From: a virus | Taxonomy: Duplodnaviria > Caudoviricetes | IMG/VR virus record: IMGVR_UViG_3300047562_001063 | Location: 1-48,711 of that record | DNA: 48,711 bases | Reading direction: 5' to 3' (one strand) | Part shown: positions 15,487 to 25,282 of the stretch, in pieces | Position numbering within the stretch: position 1 is the stretch's first letter | Layout: each line of letters opens with the position of its first letter | Notes under the pieces: model-generated | Database searches by the model: none | Told to the model about the DNA's origin: nothing | Seen by the model: the letters and a program-made list of their open reading frames with translations, nothing else | Program-made: the position numbers and the translations under genes

Positions 15487-16287
15487 ATGCTTAACAAGAA
15501 AGATCCGTTGATCGAATCAGTACAGAAGATCATGCTTGAAAATGAGATTCGTCGCACAGTTACCAAGAACTTAAACGAAGAACTTGGTATTCAGTCTATC
15601 AATAACCTACCTCATGAGCTTCATGAAAAGTACACTGCTATTCTTGAGCAGAACATTACCGCTGCTCTTCTTGGCGAAAAAGTTGAGATGACAAAGAAGC
15701 AATTTGCTAATCTTGATGGTAAACCAGAATTTACAGGTAGAGATTTAGAACTTGCTCGTGCTGGTCATCACAAGAAGCTTGCCGCTGCTGGTAAGTTAGA
15801 AGAGGTAAAAACTGATCCTTTTGCAGAAAAAGATGCTGGACATGATGTTGTCACTCCAGTAGAACCAACTGTAAATCGTGAAGGTAAAGGAAATAATCTT
15901 GCTCCAGGCATGGCTAGAGCCGAAAATATTGCAAAGCAGGGTAATTCAGTTGTAACAAGAACTGGTAAAAACTCTTCTTCAGTTTCACCAAGCACAATGA
16001 AAGAAGACTATGATCCAGAAGAAGCTGATAAAAGAAAACGTGCTAAAAAAGCTTCTAAAGAAACACATTCAACTGTTGAAAGATGGATGTATAATAAACT
16101 TGCTGATCAGTTTGGAAAGAAAGCCGTAACTGGTATGGATGAAGAGATTACCGGCAAGACCGATATCGGTGATGCAATCAGAGACTTTCGTGCGTCTAGG
16201 AGCAAGCAACTAGCAGGTAGAAGTCCAGAAGGACGGCGCCAGGCCGCTATTGCTGCTGTTCTTCAAGCTCGTAGAGAGAAGAAGTAA
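15487..16287 (+). CDS. hypothetical late protein (putative head-internal)
   Basis: 266-aa ORF, AATAAATA at 15452, many L/M-x-E sites. Confidence 0.75.
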   Translation: MLNKKDPLIESVQKIMLENEIRRTVTKNLNEELGIQSINNLPHELHEKYTAILEQNITAALLGEKVEMTKKQFANLDGKPEFTGRDLELARAGHHKKLAAAGKLEEVKTDPFAEKDAGHDVVTPVEPTVNREGKGNNLAPGMARAENIAKQGNSVVTRTGKNSSSVSPSTMKEDYDPEEADKRKRAKKASKETHSTVERWMYNKLADQFGKKAVTGMDEEITGKTDIGDAIRDFRASRSKQLAGRSPEGRRQAAIAAVLQARREKK

Positions 16288-16292
16288 TACAC

Positions 16293-16814
16293 ATGAACAG
16301 AAAGCAACTTGCCGAAATGATCAAAGAAATTCGTAGGCAGAAGCTTGACGAACTCATTGGCAAACCAGGATCATTTGATCCTGCTCATCGTAAAGGCACT
16401 CATGGTGAAGATCCTCAAAGTCCAAACCAATTTTATCATGTAAAAGAGCAAGTCTTGAATGAACTTCAAGCTAGAGCAAGAAGAACACATGGATTGATAG
16501 CATCAAAACTACCTAATCGTCGTGCTGGTATTCATGGTCGTGATAGCCTTCCTCTTTCTGGTGGTGATGTTCTAGATCGTTACAGACTTAGCAGTTCTGT
16601 TGTTGAAGAAGAATCAAAAGAAAAAAACAAGATGATACTCAGCAAAAGAAAACCTTCTGGTCAACAAAGAATGAGAGGACGTTATGATGAAGAGACTATG
16701 CCTGTAGGTAAGACAGATACAGGAAAATCTTCTGATGTTATTGATGTGTCTCCAAAAGATAAGAATTCTGTCAAAAAAGAAATAAATATTACAAAAGAAA
16801 ATAAGGAGAAGTAA
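16293..16814 (+). CDS. hypothetical basic protein
   Basis: 173-aa ORF in operon. Confidence 0.7.
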   Translation: MNRKQLAEMIKEIRRQKLDELIGKPGSFDPAHRKGTHGEDPQSPNQFYHVKEQVLNELQARARRTHGLIASKLPNRRAGIHGRDSLPLSGGDVLDRYRLSSSVVEEESKEKNKMILSKRKPSGQQRMRGRYDEETMPVGKTDTGKSSDVIDVSPKDKNSVKKEINITKENKEK

Positions 16815-16817
16815 CCA

Positions 16818-17405
16818 ATGCTTTGGGGAAATAAAGACTATGCAACAGGCAATAACAAGCCTGTGTATGCAAACACTACTTACTTAATATCAAACTCAAC
16901 TATCAACGGTAGCAAAGCAAATACCTCAAAGTACTATGGTGCTGTATGGGGCGTTTCTGCAACAGAAGCTGCAAACACTCTCGTTGATGGTAAGAAAGTT
17001 GCTCACGCAGGATGGGTATCACAGAAAATTGGTACAGGTCCAATTCAGTCTATCGCTATCACAAACGGTGGATCAGGTTACAATGCCAATGGTTTCTTGA
17101 CTGTTTCTGGCGGCGGCGATGGTACAGTAAATGTGCGTTATACAATTGCTAACTCACAGAATACTTTAGAGTCATATTCAGCAAATGCTGAATGGAATAC
17201 AATTTCATCACTTGTTATCGTAAATCCAGGTGCTGGTTTCAATGTTGCTCCAACTGTTATTGCCGGCGGCGCAAATATTTCTTCTGCCACATTTGCTGTA
17301 ACACTTGGCGGCCGCGCAGGTCGTGTAAACTATGAAACTCTCGTTTCAATGGGTTCAATGACAGAAGATAACACCGCTGACGATAAGTACTTCCCAGGCA
17401 CCTAA
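16818..17405 (+). CDS. putative virion structural protein
   Basis: M.WG.KD...HAGWV...GRV.YETLV.M pattern of T4-like structural proteins; GGSGY beta-repeats. Confidence 0.65.
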   Translation: MLWGNKDYATGNNKPVYANTTYLISNSTINGSKANTSKYYGAVWGVSATEAANTLVDGKKVAHAGWVSQKIGTGPIQSIAITNGGSGYNANGFLTVSGGGDGTVNVRYTIANSQNTLESYSANAEWNTISSLVIVNPGAGFNVAPTVIAGGANISSATFAVTLGGRAGRVNYETLVSMGSMTEDNTADDKYFPGT

Positions 17406-17422
17406 TATAAAGGCATAATGAC

Positions 17423-18106
17423 ATGTTAAGATTTCGAAGAATACTAAATGAAGAAATGATGCCTTATGCTCAAACTGAGAAAGGTTTTGTAGGTGTTGAT
17501 AATGGTCCTGTCAGAGACAACATCAATATTCATTTGACAGCTATTACTGCTAGACCATATGCAACACCTTATCATGCTCTAGAAATGGTACGTAAAGTTC
17601 TTGCACCATTTCATATCGGTCTTCCTGCAACCAATTTTCTTGCTGGAGATTCAGGACATGAAGTCTTCGAAATCAATCAGTTTGGTGAAAGAGTAGGTAT
17701 GAGAAATAATGGTGATGTTGTCACAAAGACAGGATCACCATATTTCATCTACTTTGAATACTCAATGAACGACAGAGGTGGTTTTGATATCTTCTGTGAG
17801 ATAGTCAATCAAGAAGAACTTGATGAAATCATGAGTGACATTCAAAATGAAATGGAAAATGGTGATGATGATTACTATGATGAAGAGCAAGATGCTTCAG
17901 ATTCATATGAGTCATATAAGTCAAATAATCATATAAAAGAAGCTAAAGATTTCAAGAGTGATTATGATCGCAATTGGAAATATGTCAAGATGCATAGTGC
18001 TGCCGCTAAAAAAGCAGTCGAGTACATAGACGATAAAAAGTTTGACAAAGCAAAGCTCAAAGTCAAGATGATGAAGAGGATTCAATCCAAGATAAAAGAT
18101 GATTGA
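17423..18106 (+). CDS. hypothetical protein with MLRFRRILNEE leader
   Basis: 227-aa ORF. Confidence 0.75.
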   Translation: MLRFRRILNEEMMPYAQTEKGFVGVDNGPVRDNINIHLTAITARPYATPYHALEMVRKVLAPFHIGLPATNFLAGDSGHEVFEINQFGERVGMRNNGDVVTKTGSPYFIYFEYSMNDRGGFDIFCEIVNQEELDEIMSDIQNEMENGDDDYYDEEQDASDSYESYKSNNHIKEAKDFKSDYDRNWKYVKMHSAAAKKAVEYIDDKKFDKAKLKVKMMKRIQSKIKDD

Positions 18107-18485
18107 AAATTTAAATGATGACAACTTTATGCTATATGCGATGAAGTCCTATGATAAACCAAATTGCATTATGAGTGAATTCGAAGAAGACTTCAAAAGA
18201 CTAAAGTATGTTAAAAGACTTATAAAAAGATACAAGATTACTGGTGAGTTGAAAGAGAGATTGATATTAAATCATATCATCGTGCTTACTAATGTATTTG
18301 GTGTTGAACCTACTGTAAGGATGTTGTTTTACAAGATAGACGATAAGGATTATCACATACTGAAGACATTTCTTTTGTTTCTGAACTTTATGCCTCAGCA
18401 TATCAATGGAATTAAAGGAAAGTACATGAATTCATCAGATATCGGAGTTGATATCATAGTAGGTAAAAGGTTACAGGAATTATAA
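18099..18485 (+). CDS. conserved T4-like hypothetical protein
   Basis: LN.DNF..YA...YD.P.C...EF.ED.KR..Y.KRL...L..RLILNH.I.L.NVFG. Confidence 0.85.
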   Translation: MIENLNDDNFMLYAMKSYDKPNCIMSEFEEDFKRLKYVKRLIKRYKITGELKERLILNHIIVLTNVFGVEPTVRMLFYKIDDKDYHILKTFLLFLNFMPQHINGIKGKYMNSSDIGVDIIVGKRLQEL

Positions 18486-18553
18486 TAAAGGTATTCATTT
18501 CATGGTGGACATAGCCATGATAGTGTAGTGTCAAGAGGTAGTCAAGAGAAAAG

Positions 18554-20056
18554 ATGAGTTTACATACGCAAAAAGATCACTATGCCGCTATAGAAGATGT
18601 GCATGTCAATCTAGAAAACAGAAATCATGCATTTGATGAGTATGGTTATGGACCATTGAATCCAAAAGAACCGAGCGATGATTTCTGGAAACAAAAAGCG
18701 AAAGTCTTCAAGACAACTATAGAAGAAGCAAAGAAGTCTCGCTGCGGAAATTGTGCAGCATTCAATCAATCGAAAGAAATAATGAAGCGCATAGCTGATG
18801 GTCTAGGTCCAGTCGGTAATGTTGTTGCTGAGAAAGCTGATCTTGGATTTTGTGAAACGTTCAAGTTCAAGTGTGCCGCTGAAAGAACATGTGATGCTTG
18901 GCTTGTTAATGGTCCAATTAATGAAGGTCTAATGGATTATCTTCCTTCTGCCGATTCAGTTTATGCTTTTGGAAGAAATGCGGCCGATACTGCAACATTT
19001 GGTGGAGCAAAGTATGCAAGCGCCGCGGCTCAATATGCAGCTAAGAACACTGCAAGTGCATTAGGATACGGTAAAGGCACAACATTCAAAAAAGAACTTG
19101 ATCAAGAAAAAGAAAAGCTTGCAAGAGATGATATCAAGAATCCTCAGGCAGCGGCAGCAGGTGATATTGCAGGATATGCAGCAATGGCTGTTGCACCTGA
19201 AATTCCTGTTATAGGTAGAACAATAGGTTCTGCAATAGGTGCAGGTGAGAAAGCAGCAAAAGTTCCATACTATCTAGGACTGGCTAAGAAAGCAGTTGGT
19301 CTTGAAGAAGAAGTTGATGTTAGAGGTAAGACATTATATAGAGGTAACAAATCCGAAAGTAGCAATAATCCACTTGGAACATATCTAACGACAGATAAAG
19401 ATTTTGCTTCCGGTTATGGTAATGTTTCATCACATAAAATTCCTGAAGATTCAAAAATTCTTGATATGGATAATGATGATAATGCAAAAGTCTGGCATCC
19501 CTTTCATGGTACGAAGCACTTTAATCCAAAAAATCTTCCTAGTGAAAAGATAGGACTCTTCGGTATCTTGGGTGCTCACAAAGGTGATTATGATGGTGAT
19601 GCAGAATTGTATCAGTCACATAGAGACAGAATTACTAATGCTGGATATGATGGTGTTTCTCTTTCACATGGAATGGGCAAAGGTCACACTAGAGTATTCA
19701 TGTTCAATAAGAAAAACATTAAAGAAGATATGACTGCTGGTTCAGGTCAAATTGCAGGTCTTGGTGTTGGTCCTCAAGGTGAACCAGGAAGACCTGCACA
19801 GATGATGCCAATGGTAAAAAGAGCAAAGAGAGGAACATTTGGTAAATGGGATACTTTTGAGGTATCATCAGACAGATTTCATAAGATCAAAGAAGAGAAA
19901 CGCAAAGGTAGTCACTGGCGCAAGTATCTAGACGGCGATGATTATTATCATGACATTCGTGAGTATGCCAATCATCCAAAGACAAAGAACAAACCAATTA
20001 TTTTACAAGACGAACGAACAGGTGCAATGACATTTGCTCGTTATGGAAAACAATAA
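18554..20056 (+). CDS. multi-domain polyprotein: Cys-rich domain + Ala-rich helical domain + ART-like domain
   Basis: CGNC..F...GFC..FKFKC...RTCDAW; TLYRG..GTYLTTD...A..YG..AGYDGV; domains separated by INE/LEE/IKE. Confidence 0.75.
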   Translation: MSLHTQKDHYAAIEDVHVNLENRNHAFDEYGYGPLNPKEPSDDFWKQKAKVFKTTIEEAKKSRCGNCAAFNQSKEIMKRIADGLGPVGNVVAEKADLGFCETFKFKCAAERTCDAWLVNGPINEGLMDYLPSADSVYAFGRNAADTATFGGAKYASAAAQYAAKNTASALGYGKGTTFKKELDQEKEKLARDDIKNPQAAAAGDIAGYAAMAVAPEIPVIGRTIGSAIGAGEKAAKVPYYLGLAKKAVGLEEEVDVRGKTLYRGNKSESSNNPLGTYLTTDKDFASGYGNVSSHKIPEDSKILDMDNDDNAKVWHPFHGTKHFNPKNLPSEKIGLFGILGAHKGDYDGDAELYQSHRDRITNAGYDGVSLSHGMGKGHTRVFMFNKKNIKEDMTAGSGQIAGLGVGPQGEPGRPAQMMPMVKRAKRGTFGKWDTFEVSSDRFHKIKEEKRKGSHWRKYLDGDDYYHDIREYANHPKTKNKPIILQDERTGAMTFARYGKQ

Positions 20057-20066
20057 GGATAATGAC

Positions 20067-20588
20067 ATGACAAATTGGCCATTACAACGCGAATGTGATT
20101 CCTTCTATGGAAATCCTCGCGGCAAGAATATAACCAAACCATCAGCAAAGTGGGAAGCAGCATATCTTGTATCTTTCACACCACCATTTCGTATCACATA
20201 TGCAGGCAAACCTGTATCAAGATTCAAAGTCAACAAGAACTGTCTTGAAGGTTTTCAGGAAGCATTCAACAATCTACTCAAAGCTGCAAATGGTAAGCAG
20301 TCTACACTAGATCATTGGGGTGTATCCATTTTTGGCGGTTGCTATAACTATCGACTGATGCGTGGTGGTAACAGACTGTCTATGCACTCATGGGGTTGTG
20401 CAATTGATCTTGATGCTCCTAACAATTTTCTTGGTGATAGAACACCTCGTTTTGCACAGTTTCCAGAAGTGCTTGATGCTTGGTCCAAGACTGGTGCAAT
20501 ATGGGGTGGTGATTGGAACGGCAACGGTAATACACTAGATGAACGCCGCTGTGATGGTATGCACTGGCAGTTTGCGAGACTAAGATAA
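20067..20588 (+). CDS. endolysin, M15 family peptidase
   Basis: YNYR.MRG...SMHSWGCAIDL, WGGDW, DGMHWQ. Confidence 0.88.
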   Translation: MTNWPLQRECDSFYGNPRGKNITKPSAKWEAAYLVSFTPPFRITYAGKPVSRFKVNKNCLEGFQEAFNNLLKAANGKQSTLDHWGVSIFGGCYNYRLMRGGNRLSMHSWGCAIDLDAPNNFLGDRTPRFAQFPEVLDAWSKTGAIWGGDWNGNGNTLDERRCDGMHWQFARLR

Positions 20589-20878
20589 TGGAAAGCTGGA
20601 TCAAACAATACTGGAGACCAGCAATCGCATGGCAGTATTTTACTGTCTGTGTGTTTGACTTCATTATTTTTCCAGCAGCATATATGTATTTTGCACAACA
20701 GCAATGGGATCCTATCACATTGAAAGAGGGTGGTTTCTATCATCTTGCAATGGCAGCAATCATTGGTGTTGCTGCTTGGACAAGAGGTAAAGAAAAGATC
20801 ACTCGCATTCTTGAAGGCGGAATAGAAACGATAGAAGAGAAGACAAAGACAACTCAAACACCAACGAGAAACAAATGA
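20588..20878 (+). CDS. 3TM holin-like protein
   Basis: WRPAIAW.Y...FDF..FP, YHLAM.AI.GV.AWTRG.EK; adjacent to endolysin. Confidence 0.75.
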   Translation: MESWIKQYWRPAIAWQYFTVCVFDFIIFPAAYMYFAQQQWDPITLKEGGFYHLAMAAIIGVAAWTRGKEKITRILEGGIETIEEKTKTTQTPTRNK

Positions 20879-21654
20879 AAACATTTAAACAGTTTATATT
20901 AGAACAAGATCAAGTTCAGCAAAGAAGAGCAGATATTCAAAAGAAACTTGAAGCTGGTTTCGAAAGGGTAAATAAAGACCTTAATCAAATAAATGTTCGT
21001 ACTATGCGTGCCTCTGATGGAACAAGTAAAATTACACCAAGCGATAAGGTAGACTACACAGGATCGCGATATGATCTTGGCAACGGCCAATCTATTGATC
21101 CATCAAGCATCTCTAATAAACCAAATGCAAAGCGTGAGTTAGGTCTTCGCAAAGATTATCGTTCACCACCCGCAGGATATCCAACATCTGTTAAAGATAG
21201 ACTTGCAGCAGCAGAAGCAGGTGATGAGCCACCTACACCTGGTTCAGGTCCTTATAAGATAAATTATTCAGATCCATTGAAAACACGACCTGCCGTTCCT
21301 ATAACAGCAGTCGATAAAGTTGTACCAAAGCCAAAACTAAGGCCCACACAAGAACCTGCTGTTCCTCCACCTAAACCAAAATTGAGACCTTTAGATAATA
21401 CTAAACAAGCAGTTTCTATTCCAGAACCTAAATCAATGGACTTGAATTTTACATCTAAAGGCAAGAAGCAAGCTGTAGAGCCGAAGGTTCCTATTCCAAA
21501 AGCGCGTGAACAGGATGTAATTACTATAAAAGATAAACATAAGATTTGGAACATAGCTGGCGGAGATCCTAAGAGAGTAAAAGAAATATTGAAGCTTAAT
21601 CCTGGTCTTAATCCAAATAAGATGCCAATTGGTTACAAGTTAAAATTAAAATGA
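20875..21654 (+). CDS. leader-bearing Pro-rich protein with C-terminal LysM
   Basis: MKTFKQFILEQ; PKPKLRP repeats; IWNIA...ILKLNPGLNPNKMPIGYKLKL. Confidence 0.75.
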   Translation: MKTFKQFILEQDQVQQRRADIQKKLEAGFERVNKDLNQINVRTMRASDGTSKITPSDKVDYTGSRYDLGNGQSIDPSSISNKPNAKRELGLRKDYRSPPAGYPTSVKDRLAAAEAGDEPPTPGSGPYKINYSDPLKTRPAVPITAVDKVVPKPKLRPTQEPAVPPPKPKLRPLDNTKQAVSIPEPKSMDLNFTSKGKKQAVEPKVPIPKAREQDVITIKDKHKIWNIAGGDPKRVKEILKLNPGLNPNKMPIGYKLKLK

Positions 21655-22610
21655 AAACGTTCAAACAGTTTATTAAAGAAACGGCTAATGAACAAACCAA
21701 AAAAACATTGGCAACTTTAGGCTATGATGAAAAAGCAAATAAAGTGACTGATATACCTCTATACTCAGGAGTAAAGAGAAATAAAGTTCCTGTAGGTTCT
21801 TTGGCAAGTAAAAAAGAACCGACTAAAAAAGAATATAGTTGGTTGGAAAAACATAAAAAGGATGCGGAACAAACTTATAATTATCGTCAAAAAGAACCGA
21901 AACAAGATAATGCTTTACCAACTGATCCTTGGTCTCTTAACAACCCAACTCATTCTTCTTCGCCTAAAGAAAAACTTACCGATTATGCCGCAAGAAAAAA
22001 AGAAGAATTGGACAGAAGATTTATATCCAAGGGAACAAAAAATTGGAATGCTTTGGCAGCATATGGATACGACACGTTAAAAGATAAGAAAACTGGTGTT
22101 CCTGCGATAGATATAGAAAATGATCCTGCTAAATCAGGTTCTTATTTGCCTGGAGAAAAACGCATAAAAGTTGAAATTAAATCTAAACCAACAACAAGAC
22201 ATGAGTTCGGTCATGTGGGTTCTGTAAAACTTAATAGAGGAAAGTATGATCCAGACACAGAAGAAATGAGACAGAGGGATTTGGACACAAGAAGCAAAGA
22301 AAATAAAAACGATAGATTTGATCCTGAAAACACACAAGTTTCAGATGCCAAATCTTGGTGGAAATCATTAAAAAAAGGAAAAAATCCTAATCCTTTAAAA
22401 AACAAACTAAGTTCGCCTCTTGGTGATAGAGACAAAATTTCAATTGAAAAAACAAATGATAGATTAATATCTATGGCTAAAAAAGAATTGAGTAAAAAAT
22501 ATTTTAGAGGTGGAAGAGAAACCCATAGTGATAGTGATTTGATTTCTTCTGCTTTAGGAAGCACAATACCTACGGCAAATAAACATTTAAGTTCTGATAA
22601 CAAAAAATAA
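21651..22610 (+). CDS. leader-bearing protein with HEXXH motif
   Basis: MKTFKQFIKE; RHEFGHV...EE; AT-richer than neighbours by eye. Confidence 0.7.
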   Translation: MKTFKQFIKETANEQTKKTLATLGYDEKANKVTDIPLYSGVKRNKVPVGSLASKKEPTKKEYSWLEKHKKDAEQTYNYRQKEPKQDNALPTDPWSLNNPTHSSSPKEKLTDYAARKKEELDRRFISKGTKNWNALAAYGYDTLKDKKTGVPAIDIENDPAKSGSYLPGEKRIKVEIKSKPTTRHEFGHVGSVKLNRGKYDPDTEEMRQRDLDTRSKENKNDRFDPENTQVSDAKSWWKSLKKGKNPNPLKNKLSSPLGDRDKISIEKTNDRLISMAKKELSKKYFRGGRETHSDSDLISSALGSTIPTANKHLSSDNKK

Positions 22611-22620
22611 GAGGTAAACC

Positions 22621-22731
22621 GTGTTAGCATTGTTATCACCGCTATTTGGTATTTTAGGAAGTCTATTACCTTCCGTTGTGAAAATATTTGAGCGTAAGCA
22701 GGAGATTAAGTATGATGCCTGTAGGTTATAA
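22621..22731 (+). pseudogene. truncated duplicate of the 5' end of holin-like gene 23215
   Basis: GTG-LALLSPLFGILGSLLPSVVKIFERKQEIKY then shifts into unrelated sequence and stops; 33-nt identity 22683-22715 = 23277-23309. Confidence 0.8.
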
Positions 22732-22744
22732 GTTAAAAATTAAA

Positions 22745-23212
22745 ATGAAAACATTCAAGCAGTATATAAAAGAAGCATTAGACAAGCCATATGAGTATGA
22801 TGAACTAGGTTCTTTTGAACTCAGTTCAGGGGAAATGGAACATCATTATGGTTTCAAAGATCATAAAGGTATACCAACTCATGTGTATATCACACATCAT
22901 GCAGGAAATTCTGGTAAAGGCAAAGCATCTGTAGATTTTACTGATGAACATGGTGATATTTTGGCGACAGGTAGAGGAACTATCAGACATATCTCTACAG
23001 TCAAAAGAATTATGCAAGATCATGCTAAAAAGCATCCTCATTTGAAAATGTATACTTTTACGGGTGAAAAAGATTCTGATAAGCCTGGATCTGGTGGTAG
23101 AAATAGACTGTATACTCGTTTAGCAAAACAAGCTGGTGGATATTCTGATGACATCAACGCATATTCCAATAGGCATTACATTCCAATAAATAGAGACAAG
23201 AACGGAGACTGA
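22745..23212 (+). CDS. leader-bearing hypothetical protein
   Basis: True start likely ATG 22745 (MKTFKQYIKEA). Confidence 0.75.
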   Translation: MKTFKQYIKEALDKPYEYDELGSFELSSGEMEHHYGFKDHKGIPTHVYITHHAGNSGKGKASVDFTDEHGDILATGRGTIRHISTVKRIMQDHAKKHPHLKMYTFTGEKDSDKPGSGGRNRLYTRLAKQAGGYSDDINAYSNRHYIPINRDKNGD

Positions 23213-23214
23213 TC

Positions 23215-23724
23215 ATGTTAGCACTACTATCACCACTCTTTGGTATTTTGGGTAGTTTACTACCCTCTGTTGTGAGAATATTTGAGCGTAAGCAGGAGAT
23301 TAAGTATGAGATTGAACTTACAAAGATCAAGTTGGATGCGGCTGAACGACAAGCCGATCTCACTTATAACATTGAAATGGTTAAGACTGATAGTCAACTT
23401 CGACAATCTGCTCTTGATCATGATAAGTCTATTGATGGTGGATGGTTTATTAACGCACTACGCGCTTCTATCCGCCCTGTTATAACATATACTTTCTTTT
23501 TGTTATTCTGTGCAGTAAAGATTGCAGCAGCATATGTAATGTTGAAGACAGGTCAGTCTGTGCCTGAAATGTTGAAAGCTGTATGGGATGTTGAAACAAT
23601 GGCATTATTCTCTACGATCATTGCTTTCTGGTTTGGTTCTAGAGTTATGGAAAAACAGCAAATGTCATCGCAGCCACAGATCACAGTATCTGTTACTCCA
23701 ACACAAACAACAAAGAAGAAATAA
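23215..23724 (+). CDS. 3TM holin-like membrane protein
   Basis: LRASIRPVITY.FF...IIAFWFGSR. Confidence 0.7.
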   Translation: MLALLSPLFGILGSLLPSVVRIFERKQEIKYEIELTKIKLDAAERQADLTYNIEMVKTDSQLRQSALDHDKSIDGGWFINALRASIRPVITYTFFLLFCAVKIAAAYVMLKTGQSVPEMLKAVWDVETMALFSTIIAFWFGSRVMEKQQMSSQPQITVSVTPTQTTKKK

Positions 23725-23746
23725 ATAAGCAAAAGGGTCAATCGTC

Positions 23747-24220
23747 GTGGCTATAGAACAAGATAATCGAATTGAGATAGAACTACTCAAAAAAGACATT
23801 ACAACAATGGCGGCATTGTTGGAAAAATTCGACACGACGATTGACAAGATGCAAGAGATCGCATCTAGTCTTTCTAAAATGGTATCTTTGCAAGAGCAGA
23901 GACTTGAAACTCAAGAAAAGATAACCAGAGAAGTGCAGGAATTACTAGAAATGCGTAGACAAGAACATAACAATAACATAAAGGATGTGTACAATCGCAT
24001 CAATACGGTAAACAAAGAACTGACAGATAAGATTGAAGACACCGAGAAAACAATTCTACAGGAGATACAGAAACTAAGAACCGAGTTGAGCAAAGACAAA
24101 GAAGGTATTGGTGATAGGCTTGGTAAGATTGAAATGTGGAAGTATGGACTTGGTGTTGTTATAGTTGTTCTTGCATGGATTGCTGGTCAGACAGACATAC
24201 TCTCTAAAATCATAAAGTAA
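23747..24220 (+). CDS. coiled-coil protein with C-terminal TM helix
   Basis: Heptad-rich, ends RL..IE.WKY + hydrophobic helix. Confidence 0.75.
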   Translation: MAIEQDNRIEIELLKKDITTMAALLEKFDTTIDKMQEIASSLSKMVSLQEQRLETQEKITREVQELLEMRRQEHNNNIKDVYNRINTVNKELTDKIEDTEKTILQEIQKLRTELSKDKEGIGDRLGKIEMWKYGLGVVIVVLAWIAGQTDILSKIIK

Positions 24221-24248
24221 TTGACTTTTCAGAATCATCTGTTATAAT
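24221..24248 (+). promoter_or_regulatory. sigma70-type promoter
   Basis: TTGACT-16nt-TATAAT upstream of primase. Confidence 0.6.
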
Positions 24249-24277
24249 GCCACCTAGATTTACAAATAGGCGGCATT

Positions 24278-25282
24278 ATGTCTTTATACATCGATAAAAA
24301 GTTCGTTTCTCTAGTCTCTCCCAAGCTAGAACGCTTCAAGCAGAAATCTGAATACTTGTGGAACTTTAGGTGTCCTGTATGTGGTGATTCCCATAAGAAC
24401 AAGATCAAGGCGCGAGGATATTTCTATCGTCGCAAGTCTGATCTTTTTTATACTTGTCACAATTGTGGAACAGGTCTATCTCTTGGTAATTTCCTCAAGC
24501 TTATAGATAACTCACTGTATCGTGAGTATCAAATGGAACGCTACAAGAATGAGTCATCTGGTAATGTAGCAAAGCCTGACTTTTCGCAAGCTATGGTCAA
24601 GCCAGTATTCAAGAAGCGTATTGATCTTCCTACAATCAATTCACTACCAGAAGATCATGCAGCAAAGCAGTATCTGCTGAAGCGCAAGATTCCACATGAT
24701 AGGCTCGATGATATATACTATGCATCTAACTTCAAGAGTTATGTCATGGAAACTATTCCTGACTATGAGAAGACATTATATGATGAACCACGCATTGTTT
24801 TTCCATTCTATGATGAAGAGAAGAACTTGCTTGGATTTCAAGGTCGTGCGTTGGGTGATAGTAAAGTCAAATACATCACAATCAAGCTGAGTGATGATAA
24901 CAGAAAAGTATTTGGTCTTGATCGTGTAGATTTGTCCAAACGTATCTATGTTGTAGAAGGTCCAATTGATAGTCTGTTTCTTCAGAACTCTCTTGCGACT
25001 ATGGACGCATCACTATATAATATTACTCTTTTGCTCGGTAATCATGACTATGTGTTCATTCACGACAATGAACCACGCAATGCTTCTATTGTAAAGCAGA
25101 TGGTGAAGACAATTAGTCACAATAAAAATATTTTTATTTGGCCTCAAGATATAGCAGCAAAAGACATTAACGACTATATCTTGACGGGAACGACACCTAG
25201 TGAAATCCAGAGTATTATAGATACTAACACGTTTGAAGGTTTAAGAGCAAAGTTGGAGTTTGAAAGATGGCGAAAGGTGTGA
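24278..25282 (+). CDS. DNA primase (T4 gp61-like)
   Basis: NFRCPVCGDS...CHNCG zinc finger; TOPRIM VVEGPIDSLF, DNEPRN, KDIND. Confidence 0.95.
   Translation: MSLYIDKKFVSLVSPKLERFKQKSEYLWNFRCPVCGDSHKNKIKARGYFYRRKSDLFYTCHNCGTGLSLGNFLKLIDNSLYREYQMERYKNESSGNVAKPDFSQAMVKPVFKKRIDLPTINSLPEDHAAKQYLLKRKIPHDRLDDIYYASNFKSYVMETIPDYEKTLYDEPRIVFPFYDEEKNLLGFQGRALGDSKVKYITIKLSDDNRKVFGLDRVDLSKRIYVVEGPIDSLFLQNSLATMDASLYNITLLLGNHDYVFIHDNEPRNASIVKQMVKTISHNKNIFIWPQDIAAKDINDYILTGTTPSEIQSIIDTNTFEGLRAKLEFERWRKV

Noticed and set aside
22688-22744. N-terminal extension MSVSRRLSMMPVGYKLKIK of ORF 22688
   Set aside because: It derives from the recombination scar; the leader start is ATG 22745.
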